Assembly (NCBI RefSeq): GCF_001194135.2
Contig: NC_068982.1
Location: 129,558,597 to 129,622,596 of the forward strand
Length of the DNA: 64,000 bases
Direction of reading: 5' to 3'
Source: Octopus bimaculoides
Lineage: Eukaryota
Under the pieces are notes generated by a model. It was not told the origin of the DNA and did no database searches. It saw only the letters and a list, made by a program, of their open reading frames with translations. This document shows, in pieces, positions 48,120 to 62,005 of the stretch. Positions within the stretch are counted from its first letter, which is position 1. Each line of letters starts with the position of its first letter. Both the position numbers and the translations under genes were made by a program.

Positions 48120-49340
48120 GAGCTAGCAGCTATTCAGAGCTTAAGAAGTTTTTGGTCCAGAAGTGGAAGCCTAGCCACTGGAACATTGTTTTGGTAATTT
48201 TGTACATATGTAGTAATCATGAAAAGATCAGACATTATGAAATCCAACATTTTTAGTTTTAATAGCTTGGCTCTCTTAAGTAGAGAGTGAAGTACTTTGT
48301 TTTCTTTATACATGATGTTCTTTATATGCACAGTATTGGTACTGTTGAAAGAAGCCAAGTTGCCAAGTTTCTTTTGCAATGTTTAAGGTCTTTGTTTATA
48401 GAAGTAGTAAAACTCTGGCATGTGATCTCTGGCTGTGTGCATGCATGTGTAAGGTTAATGATGAATGAAGAATAATATCATCAGCATGGAAAGAGTGCAT
48501 GAGCTCTGAGTTTACAGCAATGTCATTGATGCAAAGAGGGGAAACATACCATAATAGATGCAGTGTGTGTGGTGTGGGAGGGTTCAAAGATGCTTCTGTC
48601 AATTATACTGCAATGGTGTTGTCTGGAATGTGGATTCTGATTCGATAAATGAGCTGAAATTCATTAGTTGGAAACTTTGTCAGAAAGTTCTTGTATCAGC
48701 AGCTGAATGTTTCACTAATAAAATCAACAAGATTGTTGTGGCTAAATTTCTCAAGTCCAAGAGACCAATGGTGTGTGATGTTGGAAAGCAAATTTCTCTA
48801 GACATGATTTTACAGAAACCATAAAGAAATAAAGAAATTCAGTGTCATAAAGGAGGGTCTTTTTTTGCAATAAATATTTATTTAGAGTTTTGACTGAGGG
48901 AAAGAAATTATACCAATGACTTTTCCAGGTGCTCTAAAACATTAATAGGATTGATGTTTAGCTTTAACTGCTGAAAATCAGTACCTATGACTTGCAACAG
49001 TTGTTAAAATATAGGTTGAAATGGAATTCTATGGGGTTTATATTTTAGGAAGGACTGTTTAATATAGGGTTTAGGAAAAATGGTTGAGGGAACATGGAAT
49101 GGGTGATGAGGTGAAGAGAGACAACTGGGCTTAACTACAGCTGGTTTGCAATGGACAGCTCTGAAGAGTAGAGACCATAGTGGGAGTGATAAAAGACACT
49201 GAGTGAGATTATCTACAGGACAGAGGCTGGAATATTAATGAGTTATTTCTGATGTAGTTTACAATACTTATATGTGATGTAGCAGCAACATTCCAGATGT
49301 GAGAGGCTACATTCAAGTGTGAACCTCAATTGAACTTTGT
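48120..49340 (-). mobile_element. Decayed LINE RT fragments (CR1/L2/Jockey-like)
   Basis: LCINDI...HSFHADD at ~48470-48540, and an R.TLE.CSHIWN-like segment at ~49250-49340. Confidence 0.65.
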
Positions 49341-50255
49341 TGAGTCAGCAAGTGTTCAGTTTTAATGCTTTTTGTTTTTTTTAAAGGAGTCTAGTATTTG
49401 GAATATAGTCATTATCAATCATATTTTCAGAAAACATCAGAAGCTGATAAATACGAGGTAGTGGGCTAGGTTAAAGATGTCAGTGACAAAAGTTTGCATA
49501 AAATGGGTTAAATACTTATTGAGGAAAAAAAGGTTGAAGTGTCTGGCAAAGATAAATAGCTAGATGGGAGAGACAGTTTGAAGATGATATACGGAACACT
49601 ATTAGAACTCTCTTTAGCCAAAGTGAGTTGAAAAACTTTCCTACACACGTTGAATTCATTGTCATTTTGAAGTCCACTTTTCTATGCTTGCATGGGTCGG
49701 ACAAAATTCACTGAAGCAACTTTTCTACAGTCAAATGCCCATTTCACTGGTTTTCCAGGAAGATAATATTTCCCAATGCATAACTGGACATGTTTTCATG
49801 AAAGATAGAAAATGAATTACTCCATTTGTATAATAGTGATACTTGTTTTTAACTGTCATGTGATGTCAAAATGAAGAGGCATGCACAAACACACACACAT
49901 GTAAAGTGGTAATGTTAGGAAGAACATCCAACCATAAAAACCCTGTCAGAGTAGAGAGCAGAGCTTGAAGCAGTCTTCTAGCTTACCAACTCCTGTCAAG
50001 CCATCTAACCCATGCCAGCAAGGAGGACAAGCATTAAATTATGATATATATATATAGATAGATAACCAAGTTACAACAGGTATATAGTCCATTTTTTGTT
50101 CTATAGTGCATTGTTATATTATTCTAAATGTTTTATTCTTTACAAACAATACACAATGCTTCAAGCGAACTACAATACTCTCTTATATTTCATTTTCATT
50201 TTATCTAGTTTCAGCTCATGAGCTGTGGCCATGCTGGGGCACTGCCATATCTATA

Positions 50256-50290
<35 letters not shown>

Positions 50291-53200
50291 CAGCTTGTCT
50301 ACCAAATCCACTCAAAGCCTTGGTTGACCTAAGGCTATAGAAGACTCTTGACTTAACCCCAAACTATATGACTGTGAAAGGAACCTTAGTATATAAGCAT
50401 GGCAACATCTATGAATTGCTAAATATATAAAAAACTTTATAGCTATCACTGACACACAATGTTCTACTCCACACTATGCAGTAAATGGTAAATATCTAGA
50501 TGAGATCTGCTGGAAAGATAAGGTTAAGACTTAGTGTTAACTCTTGATTTATGTGATATTTTGTTACTGTAATACATATTCTGATTAGATTATCACAGAA
50601 AGATATCTCAACAATTGAAAACAAGGGAGTTATTATTACTAATCTGAATATTCCACCAAGGTTGACTTTACCTTTCAAGGACAATAAAAATAAGTACCAG
50701 TTAAACACTGGAGTTTTCTACTCAAGCACGGTATATTGCCAGAGGTCTTGGTCATTGCCTCTGTGAGGCCCAACACTTGAAATGTGCTTTTTATGTACCA
50801 CCAGTATGGGTGCTAATTACGCAACACTGACATCAGCCACATTGATGGGTCTTCTCAAGCATGACACATTGGCAAAGGACTCGGTCACTAGTCATTGCCT
50901 CTGTGAGGCCCAAAATTTGAAGATCATGTTTCACCACCTTGTCCCATGTTAAACTATTAAAATAATTTTCCATTTATTTATCAAATAATTTGGTCTCCAA
51001 CACAGCCAACATTGATAACCACTAGGTATGGTTGAATCATTAAGAAACTCACTTAGTAACCATGTAATTTTAGGTTTGGTCCAACTGCACATCCTCTTGG
51101 GTATGTCTTTTACTACAGCCCAAGGCCAACCAATGCCTTATGAATGAATTTAGTAGATGGAAACTAAGTACATGTGTGTTTCCCAACCACTTGACAATCA
51201 ATAGAATAAATACCAGACTTGAAAAATAACTACTGGTGTTTATTTATTTGACTAAACCATTCAAGCTAGTGCCCCAGTCTGGCCAGAGTCAACTGACAAA
51301 CAGGAGATAAAAAAAAAAAAGGTATTGAATCCTGGCTATAAAGAAATTTATAGAATAGCATCTGTTTAATAAAAGAATAAAAGTAAAGCAACAAGCTGAA
51401 TATCCAATATTTTATTTCTTAATTAGATTCAGTATAATTTTATAACAAGAATGAATAAATCCAACAAAAGAAGAAACTTCTGAACATTCAGAGAAAAAAA
51501 AAAAAAGAAAAAAAAAGAGAGAAATTGAAAAGAACATACCCAGATTAGAATAAATGTTGTTGATAGAAGTAGAATGAAAGACTGAACAAACCTTGTTAGT
51601 GTACATAAAATACACTTTATGAGAAGTCAAAGCCAATAAATGCTGTCAAATAATTTATTTCCCTCAGAGTTAAGGAGACTGAATATAGTATATTGCTCAG
51701 AATTGTTACCAATTTAAAGAATAATTCCCTAAATTATAAGAAAATAAGAAAAAAGATGGCAAGATGAAACAAAAAAGTGCTAGTCATATGCATAAGTCCA
51801 ATATTTTTCAGTGAAAATACAAGTGATACTAAGTGTACGTAAGTGAAAAAATGAATGGATCTTTGTTGGTTTGGATGAGGTGGGTTCAGTTTGATCAACT
51901 GAATTACCTGCTCACAAATTAGCTTGTAAGTGGTTGGGCATTTTGTACCTTTAATGTAATCCTTAAAGAGAATTAGCAAGAACAGTATATGTGCGAATGC
52001 TGTATCTTTGAAGTACAGGTACAATCCATCTGGTGAGCTTCCAGAGTTTCCATCAACCCAATTTCACCCACGAAGCTTGGGTTGAACCAAGGTAATGGTA
52101 AAAGACACTTTTGTCCAAGAAGCTTTGCAGTGAGATTAAACACACAACCTTGTGATTGTGAAATGAACACTTTAACCATTTGGCCATGCTGTGTCTAAAC
52201 ACAATTGTACAGAGAAAGAAATGGTTTTAAATTAAATGAACAAATAAAAAAAAAATATTCTGAACAAGAATCCAAGAAAAAATGACAACAGATTCATATG
52301 AAAATCCAAGATTTAAACAGAATTCACTTATATTTATTAAGTTCATTAAGAATTAGGATCTATCCCTCAGTTGATTATTGTCTTGTTATTCCTATTTGAA
52401 AAAAGACAAATGTTTATATTCACAAAGAACAAACATATTTTATGATATTAAAATTATGATAGAATTGCCAATATTTAACATACTCAGAAAGAATTCTATG
52501 TTTATATATTTAGAAGTAGAGACAAAAGGCAAAACTATATTCTAAGTTTCTAATCATAAATCTTTGGTAATATTTTCAATAAAATAATGATGACAGGTCC
52601 AAAACAGAATATCAATTTCTTTTTATCAAAGTAAAATACTGTTACAAGGCATTAAGTTGCTTACACTTAGTAGAAAACTTGAAACAAAATCAATTCTTCC
52701 TTGATATTAAATGAATATATATATTACACACAGAAGCTAACTGTTCAGAAGAAGACTGAGTTTCATGGTAGAAAAATTAGCTAGGGTTCAGTTAGCCCAT
52801 ATGTAATTTTTCTTGTATGATTTACATGCTAATTTGTATTAAGTACACTAATTTTTTTGTTCAGACTAACACTTTTATATAAATGTGTGTGTAAATTTTA
52901 TCTATAAAGGATCGACCTCTTTGGATATTTCCATGGATTTCAAAAGGCAATTTGGAAGCTATTCTAATAGAAGACGATACTTTTTCACACAGTGAATTTT
53001 GTTTATTGCTATTACAAACAGCTATTTTGAATGCAAGAACAAAAGTTTGTAAGATATTAAAAAATAAATGTTTCAAATTATCCTCACTTCTTCAAATACT
53101 CTGTGATGCAAAGATAAATACTACATCGCAAATACATTTAATAATATGAGAAAGATTAAATTTAAAAAGATGTTTGCAAATATTAAAAGAAAAGCTTTAA

Positions 53201-56200
53201 GCCAAAATGTTTTAAAGTGAATCATATAGGAAAATCATCATTATCATAATAGCAATTTACTTTTAGATGGTCATACTTATAGAAATAACAAGAACCAGCT
53301 GAAGGCATCAGCTACTAGAGCAATTACTTGGGATACCATGTTCCTAGGGGTGTGTATGTGTGTTCCATCTCATGTGTTGTTTACCTATAACTGTGGTGAA
53401 GGGAGAGGAAAGTTTTTGTAAATATATTTATAGTCATCCATGAAAAAACAAAAAAATTTTTGGCAATTTTGTCAATAAAAAATGATGTGAAAAAGATATC
53501 GAAGGTGTGAAAAGACATTTTCAGATCAAAAGTCAAGGGAAAAAAAATGGTTTTAGTTAGGATAGTTAACACTTTTCCCAGTTTCTGTTCTTTTATTTTA
53601 TTAACAGAAAAATTCATTACATCAACAAGAAGATCTATCTTTGAACTTTCACCATATATCCTCCACTCAAATGTTTGTAACAAAAATATGTTGAGATCAT
53701 TGCCAGCAATGTAGATGCTTCTCTGCCTACCTAAATTATATTGATTGAAAGACTAAGATGATGCTGTCTTTGAACTTGTTCCCTTAGCCTGTGTATTGTA
53801 ATAAACATTTTATTCTGACATTCACCATTTCCCACCCCTCTTCTGAAAATTAAAAGTTATACATTTAAAAGTTGCTTAAATTCAGCTTGCCAGAGGTGCC
53901 AGCCTTGGCCTGGCCCTGTAAATATCTTAATATAAATAATTAAAAAATGATTTTAAAGCCATAGTTGAAATAGTATCATTTCGCAAACACCAAGGATTCA
54001 CTGGACTAGTGAGTAGTTCCAGTTTTGGGAACATGAAAACACAATACTCACAGCTCCCTCGACATGATGTTGGTCATTTTTACAAGTAGCTTCCACCTCA
54101 GAGGGCCTGGCACCCCTTTTCGTATTGTAGTGAACTGTGCTGAGTAGAATACACATTGCACAGATCAATAGAATATAAACTTATGGTCCAAAAGTTCTTT
54201 AACCATTTGACCAATTTACTTTTCCTGCTACATATAAATAAAAATAATTTATAAGTCCTGTAGAATTACCTGTTTATCCAATGATATTTGAGGTATTTTT
54301 CACTTTTATAGAATAAATGTACACACACACACAAAAAGAAAGAGAATATTATCTATATATATGTTTTTATATTAATAAAATTAACAATATTCACAGGAAA
54401 TCAATATTCAAAATTTCTGAAAGATATGTTTTATATGACACAGTAATCATCAGGAATTATAATTAAATTAATATTATCTAGATGACAAGTATTATAAATT
54501 TGGTGTGAAGAAAAATCTTAGAACCTTAATTGCTTTCTTATACCAATGCTGTTAAACAATTATAAATTATAATACATTTTGAAATTAATTGATTACATCA
54601 GTTTATCTACCCTAAAAATGTATATAATGATAATATTTAACTGTTTGCAAGTTGCATAGAATAAAGAGATTGTAGAGATCAATGACAAAAAATAGTTTAA
54701 TGAGAAAATATTTCTTTTAACATTAGGTTCTAGGCTGATAATCAAAGGAAGAAATAAATGAGATCATGTGATGGACATCATCAATAAGTGAAATATTGTT
54801 ACAACTATTAAGAAATAAAGGACCATGATGAACTCAAAAATAGAATCATAACTAAATGGATTTTTTAACATATAAATCAAAATAATTCTATTGCAAGAGG
54901 AATTCATAACAGTTAAGTTATATTTAAAAGGGAAATGAAAGAATTTCAATTTTGGACTGAAGATGTCCAGATAAAATTCAAATAACTTTATTTAATGACT
55001 TAATAATTTAGGGGACAATATGAATAGATTTTATTTGAAAGACTTGGATATGTAGCTATAGATGGGGAAAAAAAAATTGAATTCTGTAAACGATATCAGC
55101 AATTCTTTATCTCATGTGTCTCGTCTTCTTTTGCTTAGACCACTGAAAAGATCACAGGACATGTGACAAAAGAGCTTTGAGAAAGAAACAAAAAATATAA
55201 TAAACCTGTAATGCTATTGCATATATTCCAATATCAGAAGTGAATAAACTAAAGTAATATTTTCAAAATAACCACTTATTGTCAATATTTATCTGTAATG
55301 TATATTTTTCCCACACAGGTATGAATTAGACAAACGCCGGCAGCAGAGCCTAAATAATAATACTTTCTAATATAGGCACAAGACCTGAAATTTTGGAGGA
55401 AGGAGCTTGATTACACTGACTCCTGAGCTCAACTGGTACTTATTTTACTTGCTCTGAAAGGAAAGACAAAGTTGACCTTGGCAGAATTTGAAATATGAAT
55501 GTGAAGAGCTGGAAGAAAGCCACTAAGCATTTTGGTCAACATGCTAATGATTCTGCCAGCTCACTGTCTTAATAATAATAGTAAATAGTTGAATTGAAAA
55601 GAATATTCCAGCTCAAGAGAATACCATTGACCACTAAATAGATAAAAAAAAAATACCAGTTATCTTATGGTCAATTGAATGATAAAAGGATATGTAAGGC
55701 TTAATTATAGTGAAGGCTAAAAAAAAAAAAAAAAGGCTCACATTTTATATCACAACCATTCAGATTACATGACAAAAAATTATACAAATGATTTTTTTTT
55801 TTTGATGAAGTACAAGGAAAATCTTTTAACAGGGTTGTAAGGTTCACTCTCTTGTGTAACTGGTACTTATCAATTCCTGTGTACCAGGGAGAACAAAGAA
55901 GATTTGGTGGGATTCTGAGTTGAAAAACATTAAGTCCAGTTCTCTCTATGAGATTAAAATTTCACTGTCAGTCATTGATTCCTCAATTAAATGTGGAATC
56001 TAAAGATTAAAGTGGGAGGAAAAGGAAAATCGTGGTGTTTGTAATCTTCCCAAGATCATTAGAGAAATAACTAAAACAAAAGTTCCATATTGGAACTGAA
56101 ATCAGGACACTTGCCAAACAGAATGTCAAAACAAAGTAAATATGTTTTGTAAAAAATATGAAACATTTAAAATTCAATGAAACTATTTTTTCTTGCATGT

Positions 56201-57312
56201 CAGATTTCATAAAACAAAATTTAATATATAGAACTGTTTAGCAGTGAAAGTTAAGGTGAAATTTTTTGAAAACTTTGATATCTAATATCCATTGGTTGAT
56301 ATTGAGACAGAGTGAATGAGAGTGATTTAATTTATGATTCAGTTTAGTGAATAAGAGTCATTTAGTAAAAGGTATGACAAAGTTTAAAGACGACAACAAT
56401 AAGATAACAAGATAATACAGGTAAGTTTTTTTTTTTTTTTTAAAGTTTTTGAAGTAGGCAAAGATGCTGATTCCCACATCAAACTCAACAACAATACACA
56501 AAATTGAAATGAAACACACTTGCATTCACGCATACACACAAAATCACTGAATCAAGAAATACAAATATTTTACTAATAAGCATGGATTTTGACATTTTCC
56601 CTAAAAAAGATCCAATTTAGTTGTAGATAACCATTATACATTTCTAACATTCATCAGTACAGTAATACCACCACTAGTGTTAGATCAGGCCAGAATAATA
56701 ATATAATACATAAAGAACTATTTGTTGTTACTTTGACCAAATCATGTATTTAACAAAAGAAAACATATGAAACATTCAGCCTGAGACCATCCCTGGTTCT
56801 AAGATTCAAACTTCTTTTAAAGTGGTCTAAATTTAAAGCCTTTCTTCATAATTTCATGTTAATTTATGTTCCAAAAACCAATATAAGTTATTTTACTAAA
56901 TTCTTCATTTTCAAAATTAAAACAAAGGAAGGGTGCTGGAACAGAAATATGGTAACAAAAGCATTAAAGAATTTAACAATCCATTGATACAATTCTAATC
57001 TATTACAGAAAGATAAGCATTTTCTAAAGCCCAACAACTAAAGTTTAACCCTTGTTTCATGATGCTATATGAATCACAGATGAAATACACCAATCAGATA
57101 GAAACATCTGAAAATATTACCTGTCCGTTGCAAGAATGACAAGCCAGCAGCAGATCTGATCACAAAAGTATTAAGTTGGTAGCCCAAATTAGTACCTACT
57201 CTATTATACTTTAGAAATGAGAAATGGTTATAATTAAAATTGTGATTTTTCTTTACATAGCTTAACTTATGTTATCAATCTATTGCTGTGAATTTAAGGT
57301 TGACATTGGTAT

Positions 57313-57470
57313 GTATCAGGTAGATTTTGAAAAATAACTTTTCACTGATCTAGTTAATGTAATAAATGGCCAAATAACTCTGAAGTCAGTCCAATTATCT
57401 CCTTCAGTAGCTGTTTAGAACTATTCACCTCTGGTCAGTGAAAAGTTATTTTTCAAAATCTACCCGATAC
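57313..57470. repeat. 36-bp inverted repeat (30 bp perfect) with an 86-nt spacer
   Basis: 57319-57348 is the exact reverse complement of 57435-57464. Confidence 0.95.
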
Positions 57471-59910
57471 GAGTAAAGTAAGTTCGTGGTACTTAATTTA
57501 TTCATATCTTTTGGGTAACATTAACTTCTTAAGTAAAAAACGTTTGTCAATCCCATACCATTTTGCACAGTATTTTTCATATTGCATGTACAATGGATCA
57601 GAATTTTTTTTTTTTTAATAATTTACTTTTCAACTCAGTGATTCTAGTAGCTAAGGTATAATTTTCTCTTTTCTAAGGAAAGAAAATAGTTTTGTCACCA
57701 ACAAAAGCAAATATTCTTATAACCTTCTTTCAGATACTTTACTACTTCTTTATTATATTTTTTATGATAATGGATATCATTGAAATAAAAATACTATCTG
57801 CTTCTTGTCTTAGCATAACTACATAATTTCAAATGCAACCCATCATATTTTAGTAAATATCCCTATTTACCACCGAAAACTTGTGACCCAGTGTTATCTG
57901 ACATTTCCTTTTTATTCTTTCATGAAAGGTCGCACATAAAATGTCAGATATTAACATTTCATAGAACACAAGAATGTCTTGGTTCTATTTGATTTGACTC
58001 AAGCTGATGAAAATTATCACTGGTCCAGTGACAAACTTCACTTTCTTCAATCACACTAACTAAATGACCATAAGAACTTCTTGGAGGAGAAACTTTAATG
58101 TTCAGAAGGATAAGGAGTATAAATTAATGCTTTCATATTTCTAATATCTATCTCTCAGACAAGAGCGACTTCTAGGATTTACCACAAAAGTCAACTACTG
58201 AACTAGCTATCACACAGCTCTATCATTTTTTTAGTGTTTGAAAATTATTTTCAAAAAGAAACAAAAATAAATTATTATTACTATTGTAACTCATATTTTT
58301 TTGATTAGAGGCAAAGCCGAATCAACCAGTATATTACTGATATATATTTTATTAGTCCCTGGAGAAATGAAAAGTTGAGTCAAAGCTCAAATTGGATATC
58401 AATGATAATAATTAGAATAATATTGCAAATGAATGAAAAATACATGAGGTCAATCTTAATTTTTGATGTGACAAAATTCAAAGACAAAAATGGAAACAAG
58501 AAAATGTAGTATTGAAAATACTAATGACATTGTTTATCTTCAAGTGAAAGATATGATAAAAACGACAATTTTATTAATTTCACCAAAAATAAAAGCCAAA
58601 AAAAAAAAAAAGATTAACAGATGAAGTAGAATAGGAGAAAGAAAAATTAAAGGTGGGGGTTGATAATATTTTAAGGCACATTTCATAGATAATCTGATCC
58701 TCATTCTTACCATTTAGGAATATTAGAAAAACCAGACAACCCAAAATAAATAATAATAGGTCTCACATTTTAGAAGAAATAAATATTCAAATAAGGATAG
58801 ACACATTCACCAATCATTGAACATACAACCTGATATCAGACTAATCAGCAGCATTATAATGCATTGGTTTGCACTAATTAAATCACGTGAGCCAACTGAG
58901 TGACTCATAATATTCCAGTTTTTTTATAAACTATGACTTTCAAGAGATATAAACAACCAAGCACACACACATATATATATATTATGGACAACCCAGCAAT
59001 TTCTGTTTTTTTTCTTCACCCAAGATGACTATAACACATCTGATCTTTTGGCCTCATTCAAAATGCATATGAAGATGTAAAGCAAACATAAAAGCAATTT
59101 AATGACACATTTATGACAATGGATACAATATACAAGTAAAAGTAATCAGGTATTGTTAATTGCAATATTTCTAAGGAAATATTCTTCTAATGAAAGATTC
59201 AAGAAAATATATATGTATATATTAAAAAAAATTTGTTAGGTTTTTAAAAATCAGTTTATTTTTCTTTCAAGTTTTAAAAAAATAACCCCTAAAAGTGTAC
59301 ATGGATAACTATTTTCACCTTAGTATGACAATACATGTTCTACTTTATATATCTTAAGGTTTTAGTTTTCATTGTCTTTTGAAAATGCTTTCTTGTAATA
59401 GACCAATGAACAAAAATAACTCATTCAAATGCATAAATAAAATTTTTTAAGTGTGAAAACAATTTTTGGGGGGTATATCAACAAGAAATTTAATTCTTGA
59501 GTTGATAAAACTGAAATAAAATAATCCTCCTTGAACATTATAAAAAACATGATTGAATCCATTCAGTCACATCCCAATGGTTTGAGGAATTAATCCTAAG
59601 AGAGTTCCAAATGTTTAGAAGAGGTTTATGTTGGCATTCACAGGTTATTGAGAGTTTCTTTTTTTTTTTTCAAAATTTCTCATTTTTTATTTTATTTTTG
59701 GTTTTAAATAAATGATATCAACAAGATAAGATACATTCAAATAGATATAAATAAGTTCTGGAGATTGTAAAATATGAAGAGATTTTAAATAATAAAAAGA
59801 GGGAAAAAAATATCTTAAATAAATGGCAGCACATGGAATGGAATTAAGAATTATACAGTTCTGGAATCTTGCAATTCCTTCCCACCCCCAAAATATCACA
59901 GAAGTTGGCA

Positions 59911-59952
59911 TCAGCATGTTGACATTTCAATGTTTAGCAGGGAGAGCCGTGT
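59911..59952 (-). CDS. ABCA2: ABCA2-like transporter, terminal coding exon: TRLSLLNIEMSTC*
   Basis: Strong ttttacttgcag acceptor, phase 0 matching the donor at 61465. Resembles the human ABCA2 C-terminus as recalled (AQLSFNTDTLC*). Confidence 0.7.
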   Translation of the reverse strand, partial: TRLSLLNIEMSTC

Positions 59953-60311
59953 CTGCAAGTAAAAATGAAAATATATTCAACAAGGATACAAAAAGAGGGG
60001 AAATGTGTGTAATGATAATATTAAGATTGTTTAAATATATTCTTAAATTCAAAATAAAATGTTACTAGAATAAGAGTGTGTGTGTGTTAGTATAAGCTCA
60101 AACAATGAATAATCCAATGTATTAAATGGAGAAGGTGAAAAAGGAAAGAGCCTCAACCAAGCTTTAAGAAATTCTAAATTAATCTTTGAAAGGAATTTAT
60201 ATTATTGCTGGTCCAGGTTGTTGATTCTTATTGATTACAAATGATAAAGAATAAATGAGTCAAAAGTAAATTACACAGCTTAGCAGCAGGTTGAACTAGA
60301 TTAGTATAGAG

Positions 60312-60822
60312 CAGTGGTTCTCAACCTTGGGCCATATGACCCTTGGGGATCCAGATAACATTTTGCTGTTAAAGTTTATGTGCAACTAATTGGTTATACT
60401 TCTACAATACACAAAGTTTTAACCATCACACACATGATTATGTGACCGACCAGGCTATCAGATGTTATACATCACTAGTTACAATGTTCTTTTGCATTGT
60501 TTTAGCCTTGAAATGATGCTACTCCACTGGCGAGCAGACCAACAATCTCCACTGATTGAAAGTGGACTGCAGCAATGTGAAATGAAGTGTTTTGCTCAAT
60601 GTGTCGCCCAGTCAGGGAATTGAACCCACGATCTAGTGATCGTGAGTGCAACAGCCTAGCAACTAGGCCATGCACCTTTAACAACCATTTTATACAATTC
60701 CTCACATTTAATTATAAAAATACAAAAGGGAGTTTTTTTTAGCCTCAAATAGCTATGGGGGTCCGCCCGAGTAAAGTGGGAATCAAAAGTTTCCATAGGT
60801 AAAAAATAGTTGACTACCACTG
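60312..60822. mobile_element. hAT-type MITE containing a nested SINE
   Basis: TIRs CAGTGGTTCTCAAC / GTTGACTACCACTG. TSD gtatagag / gtatagaa (7 of 8 match). SINE(-) at ~60420-60680. Confidence 0.85.
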
Positions 60823-61465
60823 GTATAGAACAAGAACAACCCATGCAAGCATAGAAAGGTGAACATTAAATGAAGACAAAAACAGTAAACCTATCACTAG
60901 AGAAATATCCAAAAAGAATTTATTATCATGTGCTGAGTGGTTGGTGTTAAGAAGGGCATCCAGCTGTAAAAGTCTTTCCAAAACAATCACAGATGTTTGG
61001 TGCAGGCTTCGGCCTGGCCGGCTCTTGTGGAATTGTCCCACCCATGCTAGTATTGAAGACGGATGCTAAACGATTATGATGATACCATATATAACTACAC
61101 TGTATTTCATTTCCTGTATTCTATTAAGATATTTCCTTCTTTACATACATGACACACAAATTTTTCTAGATTTATGACCTAAATATCAAGATAACATTTG
61201 CATGGATGTTACAATCTGGATGTGGCAAATCTTATATCTGACAAACATAAACAGTGTAAATTTTCATTGGAGGAAACTGAACTAAAATTTGTACAGTTCT
61301 TGTTGGATAAATCTCATTTCAAGTTTCTTTGTAAGGCAACTGAAAATTATTATTAGTTATGGTAAATACTTGTATAGTAACAAACATTTGTTTATCACGA
61401 TTATAGTTACTTTTTAATATTTCAATGTCAACACAAGCTACAGAATGTTTAAAAATAAAACATAC

Positions 61466-61648
61466 TCCAAGTCTGTCAAATGAAGTACTGATGTCATCTG
61501 GTTCACCTTCCAATATCTCTTCAGGATTAGGAGCACAACTAGAAACAATATTGGTTGTTGATGAAGTGTTCAAAGAATCAGAAGATGCATCATTGTCTTC
61601 GAGTTCCTGGACGATTTCTGTTTGTTGTTTCACAAAGTTAATAAATAC
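61466..61648 (-). CDS. ABCA2: ABCA2-like exon (183 nt): VFINFVKQQTE...GEPDDISTSFDRLG
   Basis: Continues the SVSQ.TLDN|VF.NF motif. tgtag acceptor, gtatgt donor. Confidence 0.88.
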
Positions 61649-61867
61649 CTACAACATTAGAAATAAAGCGATAATTTACAGAGTTGAAAATCTGAATTCT
61701 AGTTTTAATTTTCAATGTAATATTTTGAAATTTTCTGTTTCATTTTAACAAATTTTTCATGCAGTTTACAGAAATATCTGGAAAATGTCCAACTAAAAAA
61801 TTCTTAGCATAACAATACTGAAATTTCTAACAACAAAAAGACAAGCAAGCAAAGGTGTAATACATAC

Positions 61868-62005
61868 ATTATCTAGAGTATTCTGACTGACAGAATAGTC
61901 TTCAATCTGGAAATCTCTTTGAGCATCTTCAAGCTTAGAAAAGATGTAAGCTAGAGAAATAGTCTTCGACTTAATTTCATACTGAAGCATGTTAATGTGT
62001 TGCTC
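61868..62005 (-). CDS. ABCA2: ABCA2-like exon (138 nt): EQHINMLQYEIKSKTISLAYIFSKLEDAQRDFQIEDYSVSQNTLDN
   Basis: ABCA regulatory-domain motif DYSVSQ.TLD. cctcag acceptor, gtatgt donor, phase 0/0. Confidence 0.95.

Noticed and set aside
52861-53683. 60-100-aa ORFs in the AT-rich region
   Set aside because: No homology, no consistent splice phases; composition reflects AT richness.
54820-54970. C/D snoRNA candidate (ATGATGA 54825, CTGA 54957, ggac/gtcc stem)
   Set aside because: Opposite strand to the only nearby gene, weak terminal stem, and no recognisable rRNA/snRNA guide.
61319-61465. ORF-track extension of the ABCA exon (VCFIFKH...PYKET*)
   Set aside because: Begins at a strong gtatgt donor and looks intronic; a better terminal exon exists at 59911-59952.
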